Source: a virus (Duplodnaviria > Caudoviricetes). Taken from it: DNA of 55,352 nucleotides. The stretch is from the IMG/VR virus record IMGVR_UViG_3300015360_002570, positions 1 to 55,352 of that record. One strand, written 5' to 3'. The translations under genes were made by a program, and so were the position numbers. Within the stretch, counting starts at the first letter, position 1, and every line of letters begins with the position of its first letter. Shown piece by piece: positions 17,198 through 27,420 of this stretch. The notes beneath the pieces were generated by a model. The model searched no databases. It was given only the letters and a program-made list of their open reading frames with translations, and had not been told where the DNA came from.

Positions 17198-18634
17198 TTA
17201 GTCCTCTCCCTGCTTCAGGAGGCCCAGACCCACCAGCCCTCGCACCTGGCCGCCCTCCACCCGGACCCGGTTCTTCTTCAGGCTCCAGCTTGTCTCTGTC
17301 ACGAGCGTCACCGGCAGCATGTTCCTTGGAACATCATCCTTGATCTTGTTCACCCTCCTGTACTCCTGCCACGTATCCCACAGCGTCTCGTTCGTGACAA
17401 ACCCATCATCCTTCTTCTCGAACCGGGCCTGCAAGAACTGGTCGTACGGATTGTTCAGCGCCCTGTAAGTGTCCGCGATCTCCTTCGCGCTCTTCAGCTC
17501 AGGCCACCCCAGCCCCTTTTGAAGGTCGCAGGCTCCCCGTACCGCCCAGGCCGCGATTCCCGCCGCCTCCTTCTTCAACTTGTCCTCCAGGTCCAGCTCG
17601 GGCTTCTCCCTGAAGCTCTTCACGAAGGGCAGAATCACCATCTTGCTGCCCATGCTGTCCCCATCATTCGCCATTGTGGGAATCCGGTTGCTGCTCAGCA
17701 CCACCATCGCCCCGCACGTCACGTTCTTCACCTGTCTCTGGTACTTGATGTTTACCGGAAAACTATCCCTGCCCACAATATTCTTCACGATCCCCGTAAA
17801 CTTCTGGTTGCTCACCCAGTCCTGGCCCACCAGCTCGCTGATGCTCAGCACCCTTGCAAACTCGCACCCGTCCAGCCCGAACGTGTCCGTCAGGCTGCTC
17901 ATCGTGCTGCTCATAAAGCACACGTCCCCCAACAGCATCTGGATCATCCTGACATTCACGCCTTTGCCGCCCCTCGTGGCCCCGAACAGCAGCGGAATCT
18001 TCGCGTGCCTCCTGTTTCCCGTAATGGCTGCCCCGAAAATCCTCTGATCCAGCACCTTCCACTCGGGCTCCGTGGCCCACTCATTCAGGCACTTCATCCA
18101 CCGGGGACACTGCGCCCCCTCCTCATACGCGCAGGGCATGACTCCCGGATCAAACCACGTCTCATCCCTCACCACCGTCCTCACTTCCCCCGTCTCGACG
18201 CTCAGCACTACGTCCTCGAACCCCACACAGTGCTCAGGATTGAACCTTTGCTCCGCCTCTTCCGTCCACGCGGGCGCGTTCACCCAGTTCCCGGTTCTCA
18301 GCGCCGCGATGGCCGCCACCACGTCCTCACACTTGTTCTTCGTGGGGCTCCACCTCTTCGCGCTCATGCCGCCCCCCACCGGCACCCAGCAATGCACGTT
18401 CTCGCCCCACCTGAACACATGATCCGTCAGGGCCTGGCGCCCCCTCTTAACCCACCTTCCCTTATACCACACCCAGAACTCGTCCCTCCAGCACCATAGG
18501 CCCACCCTCCCGTTCTCCGTGGCCATCTCGCTCCTCAGAAACGCCCGCGCCAGCCCCATGCTCTCCATCAGCATGATCGGCCTTGCCAGCGTCCCGTCCC
18601 CGTCCTGTATCACATCACTCTTCACTTCACTCAC
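17198..18634 (-). CDS. D5/P4-family SF3 helicase (primase-helicase C-terminal part, no primase domain)
   Basis: D5_N-like CPRWMKCLNEW, Walker A LLFGATRGGKG, Walker B LSISE, KNIVGRD..VNIKY, LSSN, ILPF; AAGGAG SD with GTG start. Confidence 0.88.
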   Translation of the reverse strand: MSEVKSDVIQDGDGTLARPIMLMESMGLARAFLRSEMATENGRVGLWCWRDEFWVWYKGRWVKRGRQALTDHVFRWGENVHCWVPVGGGMSAKRWSPTKNKCEDVVAAIAALRTGNWVNAPAWTEEAEQRFNPEHCVGFEDVVLSVETGEVRTVVRDETWFDPGVMPCAYEEGAQCPRWMKCLNEWATEPEWKVLDQRIFGAAITGNRRHAKIPLLFGATRGGKGVNVRMIQMLLGDVCFMSSTMSSLTDTFGLDGCEFARVLSISELVGQDWVSNQKFTGIVKNIVGRDSFPVNIKYQRQVKNVTCGAMVVLSSNRIPTMANDGDSMGSKMVILPFVKSFREKPELDLEDKLKKEAAGIAAWAVRGACDLQKGLGWPELKSAKEIADTYRALNNPYDQFLQARFEKKDDGFVTNETLWDTWQEYRRVNKIKDDVPRNMLPVTLVTETSWSLKKNRVRVEGGQVRGLVGLGLLKQGED

Positions 18635-18648
18635 GCTATACTCCTTTC

Positions 18649-19107
18649 ATGCTCGGTCCTTCAATCGACGACAACCCCTACCCCGCCCGCACCTCTCCCG
18701 ACGCCCAGGACATCCTGACCCGTCCCGGCCTCCACCCCAATATGCGCGCCCTCCGGGCCAACGTTTCTCGCCGCGGCGAATCCGCAGTCCGCTCCACCCT
18801 CACCAAACGCTACGGCGCCTCGGACGCCTCCGCCTACCTCGCCCGCCTTCTCAACGTGCCCGAACACTCCTCCCTTGAGTCCGACGTCGATGCCGTTTCT
18901 TACCGTACCCGCACGCCCACGCACCCCCCCTTCAATGCCCCCCGCCGCCCCAAGCCCCGGTACCGCTACCAAGGCCCCCCCTTCAACGATCCTTCCGACT
19001 TCGGCCAGGACGGGAACCAGAACGACTTCCAGAAGTTCATGGAGGGCAATCCCCCCCCGCGCCGGAAGAACGTCGATATAATCGACCCTGGCTACCGCTT
19101 TTCCTGA
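18649..19107 (+). CDS. Hypothetical protein
   Basis: ATG at 18649 with TATACT 6 nt upstream; divergent from the helicase. Confidence 0.6.
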   Translation: MLGPSIDDNPYPARTSPDAQDILTRPGLHPNMRALRANVSRRGESAVRSTLTKRYGASDASAYLARLLNVPEHSSLESDVDAVSYRTRTPTHPPFNAPRRPKPRYRYQGPPFNDPSDFGQDGNQNDFQKFMEGNPPPRRKNVDIIDPGYRFS

Positions 19108-19151
19108 AAGCATAGGCTCATCAGGCTCACACTTCTCATCCGACCCTCTTT

Positions 19152-19718
19152 ATGGAAGAAAATCTACGAAGTATTTCGTTTCCCTTTACGGTCAACCGGC
19201 TCTACGAGGAAACCCACATGCTCGCCGCCCTCGCGCCCTTGGGCTTCACCAAACGCACTTTTCGGGCCTTCCTCGCCTCCCTCTGCGTTCCCTACCTCGA
19301 AGTGGGAACGCACCGCTTCATCGACGCCCTCTCCCTCTCCATCGGTCTCCGTGCCATCATGCGGGTGGGCCGCAAGCCCTTCATCACATCCACAGCACCG
19401 GCCCGCCGCAAGCACGGCTCCCGCGCCCTCTCCTCCTCCTTCGAGACCCAGCTCGATCCCGCCTACGTCGAGCGCAACCTCAACTCCCTCCTGCTCGAAG
19501 TGATCGGGGCCGCCGAACTCAAGACCCACACCAAGATCGACTCGGCCATCAAAAAAGCCTGCCTGCTCGCGGCCCGCCGCATGGCCATGTCCTCCGTCGA
19601 TCACCTGAACCGCTCCGACCAGCACGCTTCCGCCCGGCTCCGCGCCCGCCTCATCGAAAAATATTCCGTCTTTGCCGACCAGCTCGAACCTCCTACCCCC
19701 CGAAAGAAACGTGACTGA
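19152..19718 (+). CDS. Hypothetical basic protein, possibly DNA-binding
   Basis: 188 aa with C-ending codon bias; first gene of the packaging block. Confidence 0.7.
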   Translation: MEENLRSISFPFTVNRLYEETHMLAALAPLGFTKRTFRAFLASLCVPYLEVGTHRFIDALSLSIGLRAIMRVGRKPFITSTAPARRKHGSRALSSSFETQLDPAYVERNLNSLLLEVIGAAELKTHTKIDSAIKKACLLAARRMAMSSVDHLNRSDQHASARLRARLIEKYSVFADQLEPPTPRKKRD

Positions 19719-20226
19719 CCATGTAGCCTTCGATCCCGTTGATCCCGCCGACCTCGTCCTCGCCCGCCGCGGCGAGAGAGCCGCCATCAGCATGTTCTCC
19801 TTCGACGGTATCGGTCAGGCCGTCGAAGCCAACGCCTTCACCCAGGAGGAACTCGTCTCTGGCATGATCGACCGCATCAGAAGCCCCAAGGCCGAGATCG
19901 CCCACGCCGCAGCCGCCCTCTTCACCAAGTACACCAGGGAAGTCCTTGAGCTCAGCGGTCGCATCGGAAAAGCGACCATCACCAGGAAAGAAAATGACAA
20001 TCAACAAACCATCAGCACTCAAAGCATCATCCCTTCCTTCGACGCCGATTCGCTCGCCGTCGCCGGTAAAACCTTTATTCCCCCCCTCTCCCATCCACCT
20101 CTCTCTGGAGGACCACCTGAAGGACTCCCGGCGTCGCCTGGAGCACCTCTCTCTCCAGGACATTGCCCGCCTGGTCTCTCCCCTCTTCCAGGACCTGGGA
20201 ATCCCGGACCCCTTCCGGTGGTTTGA
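19711..20226 (+). CDS. Hypothetical protein, candidate terminase small subunit
   Basis: Position before TerL; helical; GTG at 19711; coding character switches frame at a C7 run near 20080. Confidence 0.45.
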   Translation: MTDHVAFDPVDPADLVLARRGERAAISMFSFDGIGQAVEANAFTQEELVSGMIDRIRSPKAEIAHAAAALFTKYTREVLELSGRIGKATITRKENDNQQTISTQSIIPSFDADSLAVAGKTFIPPLSHPPLSGGPPEGLPASPGAPLSPGHCPPGLSPLPGPGNPGPLPVV

Positions 20227-20388
20227 GGCCCACCTCGGCTTCGTCGCGCTCATCCCGGCCTCAATCGACTGGCGGGGCGGCTGCGCCAACGAGTGCCTCA
20301 ACTACACCCACGTCGGCCCCGGCGATCCCCTCATCATCCTGCTCCGGGCAGCGGCCCTCTCCCTCTACCTCCGGTGCGTGAACCCCCC

Positions 20389-22341
20389 ATGCGAAGTCCC
20401 ATCCCCATCCCCCGCACCGGAAACCCCAACTATCCCCTCCCCGCTGACTACTACGAACTCACCCCCGAAGGAGCCCGACAGGCCCGAGTCAACGCCTGCC
20501 GACAATGGCTTATTCCAGGAAACCCCATTGAAACCGGAGACCGTCGCGTCGCCTCCACCTGGTTCTTCGACCGATACTACCTCCACCCCGACCCACAAGG
20601 GGACTTCGACCCAGGCTTCTACGACGACCCCCCGCTAGAAACCCCTTCTCTCCACTGGGATATGTCCCGCCAGTGGGCTCTCTACCGGATGTCCGTGACC
20701 AAAGCCCCCCGCGGCTGCGCCAAGTCCACGCACTGCCGCAAGGACATGCTTATGTGCATGGTCTCGGCTCCCAGATACTCCTTCGCGTACGCCACCTCCA
20801 CGCACGACAACGCCAAGTTCACCGGCCAAGTCCTCCGCGACCAGGGCTTCAACAACCGCCGCATCAATGACGACTTCTGCCCCGACTACGACCTCGCCTC
20901 CCTCAAACCCGTACGCGGTTCCAAGCCCACGGGCGTCGAGTTCTTCTTCCTCAACAACGGCTCCTGGGTCCGCTCCGTCAGCGCCCAGTCCCGTCTACGC
21001 GGCCTGCGCCCCAAGAAGTTCCGCCTCGACGACCCCGAGTACGACGAGCACAAAACCACGTCCATGCAGGACATCCGCGACTACATGGACCGCCTTCTTT
21101 TCAAGATTGCTCTTCAGATGGTCCTCCGCGCCGGGGCCGGTATCGACTGGGTCGGCACCTTTGTCTCCAAGCGACACTATCTGTGGCACGCCCTCTCCAC
21201 CATCAAGATGCCCGACGGCACCGTTCGCGCCGAGGACTCCCGCTTCGACCACTGGGCACGCCTCTCCCTCAACGCCGCCTACGAAGGACCCGACGGCTCC
21301 CTGATCTCCGTGTGGCCCGATATGTGGCCCTCCACCATCGCCGAGAAAGTCCGTCTCAACAAACTCAACCGCGTCTCCATCGAAGAGATGCCCTCCATCA
21401 TGGGCGTAGCGGCCTTCAACGCCGAGATGATGGACCGCCCCGGCTCCGCCGATGACGAAGCCTTCTTCAAGTTCGACCCCTCCTCCCACGGCCCCCACGC
21501 CTACTGGTACGAGGACATCGACACCTTCTTCCCCAACAGCCCCTGGCGCACCACCACCTTAATCTGCTACCTCGATCCCAAAACCAAAGCCACCGTCCGC
21601 ACCCCCCTGCCCGAGTTCCTCGCCTCCTGCCGCCTCTTCATCACCATCGACACCGCCTACACCGAAAAAGCATCCTCCGACCGCCGCTGCTGCACCCAGC
21701 TCGCCCAGGCACCCGGCAACATTCTCTTCGTCCTCGACATGTGGAGCGACCGCAGGCCCGACTCCGTTCTCGAACACCAAGCCTTCGAGATGGCCCACCG
21801 CTGGCGATCCCCTGTCATCTACATCGAAGTCGTCAAGGAATCCTTCAAGGTCTACGCCCGCTTCGTGTCCTCCGTGCAGACCCGCATGGCCGACAACCTC
21901 GTCGCCTCCTCCTCCCACATCCCCTCCATCAAGCCCCTGCGTCCGGGCCTCATCTCCAAGCTCGACAAGATCGCGGGCCTCGACACCCGCTTCGAGCACT
22001 CCCTCATCAAGATTCCCATCGACCGCCGCATGGGCGCCGGTTCCTGGTCCCGCCTTATCGAGCAGATCGAAGGCTTCACGCCCGAGTCCCAGACCCTCCC
22101 CAAGGACGACGAGATCGACACCGTCTCCATGTCCATGTTCGTCCTGAAGGGCCGTCGCGCCCTCCCCCTCTCTCAGGGCTCCGCCTACGAACCCGTTGAC
22201 CCCGTCGCCCTCCTTGAATCCGGCCAGACCCACTGGCTGGGTATGCCCATCGTCGGCGGCCTCGACATCAACACCGTTCCCCACCACCTCATCCAGGCCG
22301 CCATGTCCGCCGCCTCCTCCTCCGGAGAATCCAAGATATGA
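20389..22341 (+). CDS. terL: Terminase large subunit
   Basis: Walker A APRGCAKST, RGLRP, Walker B FRLDDPE, coupling VGT, nuclease ITIDTA and DDEIDTVSM. Confidence 0.92.
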   Translation: MRSPIPIPRTGNPNYPLPADYYELTPEGARQARVNACRQWLIPGNPIETGDRRVASTWFFDRYYLHPDPQGDFDPGFYDDPPLETPSLHWDMSRQWALYRMSVTKAPRGCAKSTHCRKDMLMCMVSAPRYSFAYATSTHDNAKFTGQVLRDQGFNNRRINDDFCPDYDLASLKPVRGSKPTGVEFFFLNNGSWVRSVSAQSRLRGLRPKKFRLDDPEYDEHKTTSMQDIRDYMDRLLFKIALQMVLRAGAGIDWVGTFVSKRHYLWHALSTIKMPDGTVRAEDSRFDHWARLSLNAAYEGPDGSLISVWPDMWPSTIAEKVRLNKLNRVSIEEMPSIMGVAAFNAEMMDRPGSADDEAFFKFDPSSHGPHAYWYEDIDTFFPNSPWRTTTLICYLDPKTKATVRTPLPEFLASCRLFITIDTAYTEKASSDRRCCTQLAQAPGNILFVLDMWSDRRPDSVLEHQAFEMAHRWRSPVIYIEVVKESFKVYARFVSSVQTRMADNLVASSSHIPSIKPLRPGLISKLDKIAGLDTRFEHSLIKIPIDRRMGAGSWSRLIEQIEGFTPESQTLPKDDEIDTVSMSMFVLKGRRALPLSQGSAYEPVDPVALLESGQTHWLGMPIVGGLDINTVPHHLIQAAMSAASSSGESKI

Positions 22342-22669
22342 ACCTAAGCGACATCGTCTCCCTCGAAGGAAAACTACCATGAACGCCACCCCCTCGGGCG
22401 TCACCGTGCCCGTCTCCCTCTTCACCGCGATGGCCTCCTGCTACTACGGCACCGGCCCCCGCCTGCACGAAGCCCGAGAGTCGCCCCCTCTCCCGCCGTC
22501 GTCCCCGGACCAACGGGAGAGGGGGTCCGAACCCTTATTGAATCAGGAGATCGCCGACCCCGAGACCCTCGAAGCAATCTCTTCTCACTCCCGGTGGACG
22601 CCTCTCGGCTGCGCCGCCAAAGCCCGTCATCCCGCTGCATATCCTACAGTCGTACCCAAGGAGCAGTAG
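22338..22669 (+). CDS. Hypothetical protein (likely start 22379)
   Basis: AAGGA SD before MNATPSGVTVPVSLF; sits between terL and portal. Confidence 0.5.
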
Positions 22670-22672
22670 TTC

Positions 22673-24667
22673 ATGCCGGTAGACACCTTCAACCTGACCA
22701 CCGACAAGGACGTGCTGCCCCAAATCCTCCATGCGCACTGCGTGAGGTCCGAATCCCAACTGATGATCCGCCGGGTGAACTGGCTCCTGGCCTGGTACTA
22801 CATGAACGGCTATCGCCGCTTCAACGTCTACGACCCCGTCTCCGGGATGATTTCACCCCAATACCTCACGACCGATCAGAAGATGGAGTACCAGTCCACC
22901 AAGCTCCTCTACGTCATCAACCAGATGGCGGGCCGCTTCCAGTCGATGGACTACCGACCCAGCGCCACACGCCAGGGCGGCTCCCTCGCCTCCATGCAGA
23001 ACAGGGCCGTTTCCCAGATCACAGCGGACGCCATCACGTCCACCAACCACATCGAAGAAGTGAAAGAGCACGCCTCCTACCTCCTCACCTGCCTTGGCTC
23101 GGTCGGTCTGTGCGGCCATCTCGTCGATCACCCGACCATCGGACTCACCTCTGACATCGAGGTCGTGCATCCCCGCGAACTCCTCCCCTTCCCCGTCCAG
23201 GGTCAGGACCACACGAAGGTGCGGGGCATCATCCGCCAGCGCATGGTCCCCCTCTCCTATCTGAAGGAGGTGTACGGGGCCAGACGCATCGAGGCCCGCC
23301 TCGACAACATGGAACGCTACCAAAGGGCGATAGGCGACGCCATGCTCGACGCCGACAACAACAACGACTCCAGCGCGTCGGGTGTCACCTGGTTCGACGG
23401 CAGCAAGGGCACCTCCACCCGCAAGTCCGGGGACACAACCCTCGAAGTGGCCCGCATCCGCGAACTCTGGCTCTACGGACCCAACGGCACAACCCGCCGC
23501 TACATCGCAACCTGCGGCATGGCCCTCCTCGACGACCAGGACCTTTCCGACGTGGAAGCCTACTGCCCCATCGGCTTTGCCCGCTTCCTCAACAACGGCA
23601 CCTTCCACGGCACCGGCATGTTCGACCTCCTCTTCTCCATCCACCGAGAACTCGAAACCCTCCAGAAGACCCTCTTCGACAACGTCCGCAACCTGGACCG
23701 CTACGGGATGCTCGTCATTCCCGCGGGCCAGATGAACCAGAACACCGTCCTGAAGGACGTGGGCCGCGGCCTCAAAGCCGTCTTCTATGAGCCCGACCCC
23801 ATCGCTGAAGGCTTCAACCCCTTCGCCATCCAACCCGTCACCACCGGCGACATGCCCGGTCGGGTGGCCGCCCACGCCTCCGAACTTATCGACGGCATCA
23901 ATCCCATCCGCGACCTGATCCAGGAGAAGGGCCGCGTCGATAGCGCGCCCGGCCTCGCCTTCCTCGACGAGCAGATCAACAGGGCCATCACGACGCCCTC
24001 CCTCAACATCCAACGGATGTGGGGCACCATGTACAAGTCGCTGGTCCAGAAAGCGGCTCAGAACCTGGCCGTCTCCAAGCGGTCCCTGCCCGTCGGCGAG
24101 CTGACCCTCGACCTCGCGGGCGCCATCATCGACCCGGCCACCGACTCTGTCTCCTTCGCCGACAACCCCCTGCCCGACGTATCCCGCATCAACTTCACGA
24201 TCCGGTCGGCCAGTCCCAAATCCGAAGTAGCCCTGAAGCAGGAGGCCATTGACCTCTGGGTCAAGGGCGTCGAGCAGGACCCCCTCAACTTCCGCCTCTA
24301 CTGCCTGAAGGCGGGTCTCGACATCCCCCTCTACATCGAAGACGACCGTGGCGCCTACCAGTCCACCATCCGCCTGATTCTCACCCTCTACAACGACGGT
24401 CAGGAACCCGGCTTCATCGCGCCCGCGCCCCACACCAGCAAGCCCGACCTGGCCCTTCGCATCCTCGCCGGTTTTATGACCAGCCCCGCGATGCAGGTCG
24501 CCTCGGTCGAAGTCGTCGATGCCTTCCTCGTCTTCCGCGAAACCCTGATGATGTTCGCCGGAATCTCACTGCCCCAGGCCGTGCCGAACCCCGACGACGC
24601 TGCTATGCTTAACGGCGCTCCCCCTCCCGGACTTCCCGGTGGAAGTCCCCAGTTGGCCCTCGCCTAG
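22673..24667 (+). CDS. Portal protein
   Basis: 664 aa following TerL; AAGGAG SD; FHGTGMFDLL..LQ and RVDSAPGLAFL segments typical of P22-like portals; assignment mainly positional. Confidence 0.78.
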   Translation: MPVDTFNLTTDKDVLPQILHAHCVRSESQLMIRRVNWLLAWYYMNGYRRFNVYDPVSGMISPQYLTTDQKMEYQSTKLLYVINQMAGRFQSMDYRPSATRQGGSLASMQNRAVSQITADAITSTNHIEEVKEHASYLLTCLGSVGLCGHLVDHPTIGLTSDIEVVHPRELLPFPVQGQDHTKVRGIIRQRMVPLSYLKEVYGARRIEARLDNMERYQRAIGDAMLDADNNNDSSASGVTWFDGSKGTSTRKSGDTTLEVARIRELWLYGPNGTTRRYIATCGMALLDDQDLSDVEAYCPIGFARFLNNGTFHGTGMFDLLFSIHRELETLQKTLFDNVRNLDRYGMLVIPAGQMNQNTVLKDVGRGLKAVFYEPDPIAEGFNPFAIQPVTTGDMPGRVAAHASELIDGINPIRDLIQEKGRVDSAPGLAFLDEQINRAITTPSLNIQRMWGTMYKSLVQKAAQNLAVSKRSLPVGELTLDLAGAIIDPATDSVSFADNPLPDVSRINFTIRSASPKSEVALKQEAIDLWVKGVEQDPLNFRLYCLKAGLDIPLYIEDDRGAYQSTIRLILTLYNDGQEPGFIAPAPHTSKPDLALRILAGFMTSPAMQVASVEVVDAFLVFRETLMMFAGISLPQAVPNPDDAAMLNGAPPPGLPGGSPQLALA

Positions 24668-24676
24668 GAACCCCAC

Positions 24677-25639
24677 ATGCCCCCTCGTTTCGGACAGCCC
24701 CTCTTCCAACTCACCGCTCCCTCCCTCGACGCCTCCTCCGCCGCTATCCCCAAGACGGGAGAGGGGGACACCAAGCCCTCTATCACGCCCGAGGAACTCA
24801 AGTCCCTGCGCGACCAAGCCTCGGAACTTACCGCCCTCCGCGCCAAGGCCGCCACCCTCGAAAACAACTGGAACGATGCCCAGGTCCTGATGAAGGGGGA
24901 CCAGTCCCCCGATGTCGTCGAGAGGTCATTCCGACGCGCCATGTCGGCAGCCGGTGTTCCCGCCGACCAGATTCAGGCCCAGCTTGACGCCATGAAGGAG
25001 GGCGACGAAGCCCCACCCACCGGCAAGAAAGCATCTCGCCAGGACGCCGACCCCGACCCCAACGACGAGGGGACCGAGTCCGAGCGCCGTCTGGAGGAAC
25101 TGGAGCGCCAGCAGGGCGAGACTGCGGCCAAGCAGGCCCAGGCCCGCAAGACCCAGCTCGAAACAATCGTGCGCGAAAGCGTGACGGCTTCTGTTGATCT
25201 CAACAAAGACCTGACTACTATGGTGAACCGTCTGGCATCCTTGACCGAGACGGGAGAGGGGGCCTCCGCCGACGAGGCGGCCAAAATCCGCAAGGCCATC
25301 ATCAAGGAAGAAGTCAGGGAGAAGACCCTGGACAACTTGCGGATCAGAAGGGCGAACCAAGGCCCCAATGCGTGGGAAGATAGTTGGATTGCCGAGGAAG
25401 CGACGAAAGCCGCTACCCAGGTCTTCAAGAAGTACCGTGCGGTAATCGGGGACCCCGCCAAGATCGGCAGGGCCACGGAAACAGACACGGGCGACATGCT
25501 GAGAGGACGGCCCGCCATCAAGCCACCGGAACATAAATCCGGGATGGACATGGGGACGACCTCCACCGAAGTCCGGAAATGGGCCACCGACTCCCTCCTT
25601 CGAGGCAGTACGTCTGGCGAAAACAAACTCAACTCATAG
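24677..25639 (+). CDS. Capsid scaffolding protein
   Basis: Charged coiled-coil protein between portal and capsid genes. Confidence 0.65.
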   Translation: MPPRFGQPLFQLTAPSLDASSAAIPKTGEGDTKPSITPEELKSLRDQASELTALRAKAATLENNWNDAQVLMKGDQSPDVVERSFRRAMSAAGVPADQIQAQLDAMKEGDEAPPTGKKASRQDADPDPNDEGTESERRLEELERQQGETAAKQAQARKTQLETIVRESVTASVDLNKDLTTMVNRLASLTETGEGASADEAAKIRKAIIKEEVREKTLDNLRIRRANQGPNAWEDSWIAEEATKAATQVFKKYRAVIGDPAKIGRATETDTGDMLRGRPAIKPPEHKSGMDMGTTSTEVRKWATDSLLRGSTSGENKLNS

Positions 25640-25646
25640 GCCCCCG

Positions 25647-25684
25647 TTCTGCCCCCCTCTTCGGGACGGGAGAGGGGGGCAGAA
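25647..25684 (+). promoter_or_regulatory. GC hairpin containing the dispersed 13-mer, upstream of the capsid gene
   Basis: TTCTGCCCCCCTCT...AGAGGGGGGCAGAA inverted repeat ending 12 nt before the ATG. Confidence 0.6.
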
Positions 25685-25696
25685 AGCAAGGGACTT

Positions 25697-27340
25697 ATGC
25701 CTGGTGGCAACACTGGACTTCTCCTCGACGCGAACACCGTCAAGGTCGAAGAAATCATCAACAAGAGCGTCGGAGTCTTTCTTCCCGCGATGGACCCCTT
25801 CTGGAAGGACCACATTGTGTCCAACCAGAGCATGTCGTCCAACGGCGAAATCGGCAAAGACTACAAGATTCTCAAAACGTTCCAGGGCGGCCTGACCGGC
25901 GTTATTGAACCGGGCGGCCCCAAGGCCGACTTCGGGCTTTACGGCGACGCCGCAACCGACTGGGGCTCCAAGATGTTCTCCCAAGGACTCACCCGGACCT
26001 TCCCGGACCCCCGCGGCGGCATGAACCAGAAGCCCTTCCGACTGGGCATCCCCCTGCGCACGATGAACGCCAACATCATGTTCACGCTGGGCGAACTCCA
26101 GATGGAGGCCACCGAGGCCGTCATCGGCGAGATCATCGCGCCCAAGCTGGAGGGCTTCTCCCGCAACATGGCTCTCTTCCTGGTCAACAGCTTCTGGACC
26201 TCCCAGAACAACAGTTACCAGTTGGCGACGGCCCGGACGGGCGGCTGGTCCTTCACCCTGGACACCAGCTCGACCCTGATGCTGGACCTCACCTACGACA
26301 ACTACGCCGTTGATCGGTTCCAGGTGGGCCAGCGCGTCGAGATCGGCACCCTCACAGGGACACCCATCACATTCACCCACGTGGTTACGGACGCGATGCA
26401 GACTGCGTTCGACCTGGGTTGGGTCGTCACCGCCGTCGATGAACTTTCCTGCAAGGTCTACTTCAAGGCGTTCAAGAAGTCAACGGGCGCCCTCCAGACC
26501 AGTCTGACGGGTCTCGACATCGCCGCGGGCGACATCGTGGTTCCCTTCGGAATCGTGGGTAACTCCTCGACTCCCTTCGCCAGCAACGCCGCCAACGTCA
26601 GCGCAACCGAATACTTCACAGGGATCGCGGGTATCCGGTCCTGGCTCAAGTTCGGAGACTCCAACGGAAGCACCACTTATGACGGGAACACGTTGCTTGG
26701 GGCCGAGTCGGATTCGGCCAACCGGATCAACGTGAATACGCATCCCGAGTTCCGTTCCATGCGGATCAACATGGCTAACCAGGCTCTTACCGAGCACAAG
26801 ATGCGGTCCATCCTGAGGCGGTGGCACATGGCCAAGCTCAAGTACGGCAAGACCATCGACTGCCTGGTGGCCTCCGACGGCGTCTGGCTCGCCTATGAGG
26901 CGACCAAGATCGGTCGTGAAATCCTCAACCGGACGGGCCGCCTTTCCGACGTGAGGAACGAGGGGTCCGGCGAGGGCTTCCGCTTCGAGATGGACGGGCG
27001 TAGCTATACCGGCTACACCAGCTCCTTCATCGAGAGCGGCACCGTCTACGGCTTCAAGAAGGGCTCCAACTGGAAGCGCTATGTGCCCAACGACCAGAAG
27101 GGCACGACTTCTTTCGGCAACAACGATGCCTGGATTCCCTTCCGGTTCGTGGCCCAGGCCCTTGGTATGCCCGGCACGAAGATTCCCATTTTCATGGGCG
27201 TCGGCTCCACTCCCAACATCTTCGGCGCCGTCACCGAGGGTGCCCAGATGCCCGGCTGGCTCCGTATGCAGCTGGTGCCCGAGCAGCCCGACGGCCTCCT
27301 GATCGAGAACGTCGCCGAGGATCGCACCTACAGCCTGTAG
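25697..27340 (+). CDS. Major capsid protein
   Basis: 547 aa after the scaffold, strongly biased codons, FTGIAGI and C-terminal GLLIENV patterns, followed by a strong terminator. Confidence 0.75.
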   Translation: MPGGNTGLLLDANTVKVEEIINKSVGVFLPAMDPFWKDHIVSNQSMSSNGEIGKDYKILKTFQGGLTGVIEPGGPKADFGLYGDAATDWGSKMFSQGLTRTFPDPRGGMNQKPFRLGIPLRTMNANIMFTLGELQMEATEAVIGEIIAPKLEGFSRNMALFLVNSFWTSQNNSYQLATARTGGWSFTLDTSSTLMLDLTYDNYAVDRFQVGQRVEIGTLTGTPITFTHVVTDAMQTAFDLGWVVTAVDELSCKVYFKAFKKSTGALQTSLTGLDIAAGDIVVPFGIVGNSSTPFASNAANVSATEYFTGIAGIRSWLKFGDSNGSTTYDGNTLLGAESDSANRINVNTHPEFRSMRINMANQALTEHKMRSILRRWHMAKLKYGKTIDCLVASDGVWLAYEATKIGREILNRTGRLSDVRNEGSGEGFRFEMDGRSYTGYTSSFIESGTVYGFKKGSNWKRYVPNDQKGTTSFGNNDAWIPFRFVAQALGMPGTKIPIFMGVGSTPNIFGAVTEGAQMPGWLRMQLVPEQPDGLLIENVAEDRTYSL

Positions 27341-27367
27341 ACTCCGGCCTTCACATCTGCTACTCTC

Positions 27368-27398
27368 AAGGGAACCCCACCAGCGGGTTCCCTTTTTT
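27368..27398 (+). terminator. Rho-independent terminator
   Basis: AAGGGAACCC/GGGTTCCCTT stem plus T-run. Confidence 0.85.
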
Positions 27399-27420
27399 CA
27401 TTCCCCGGAGCCTCACCCCT

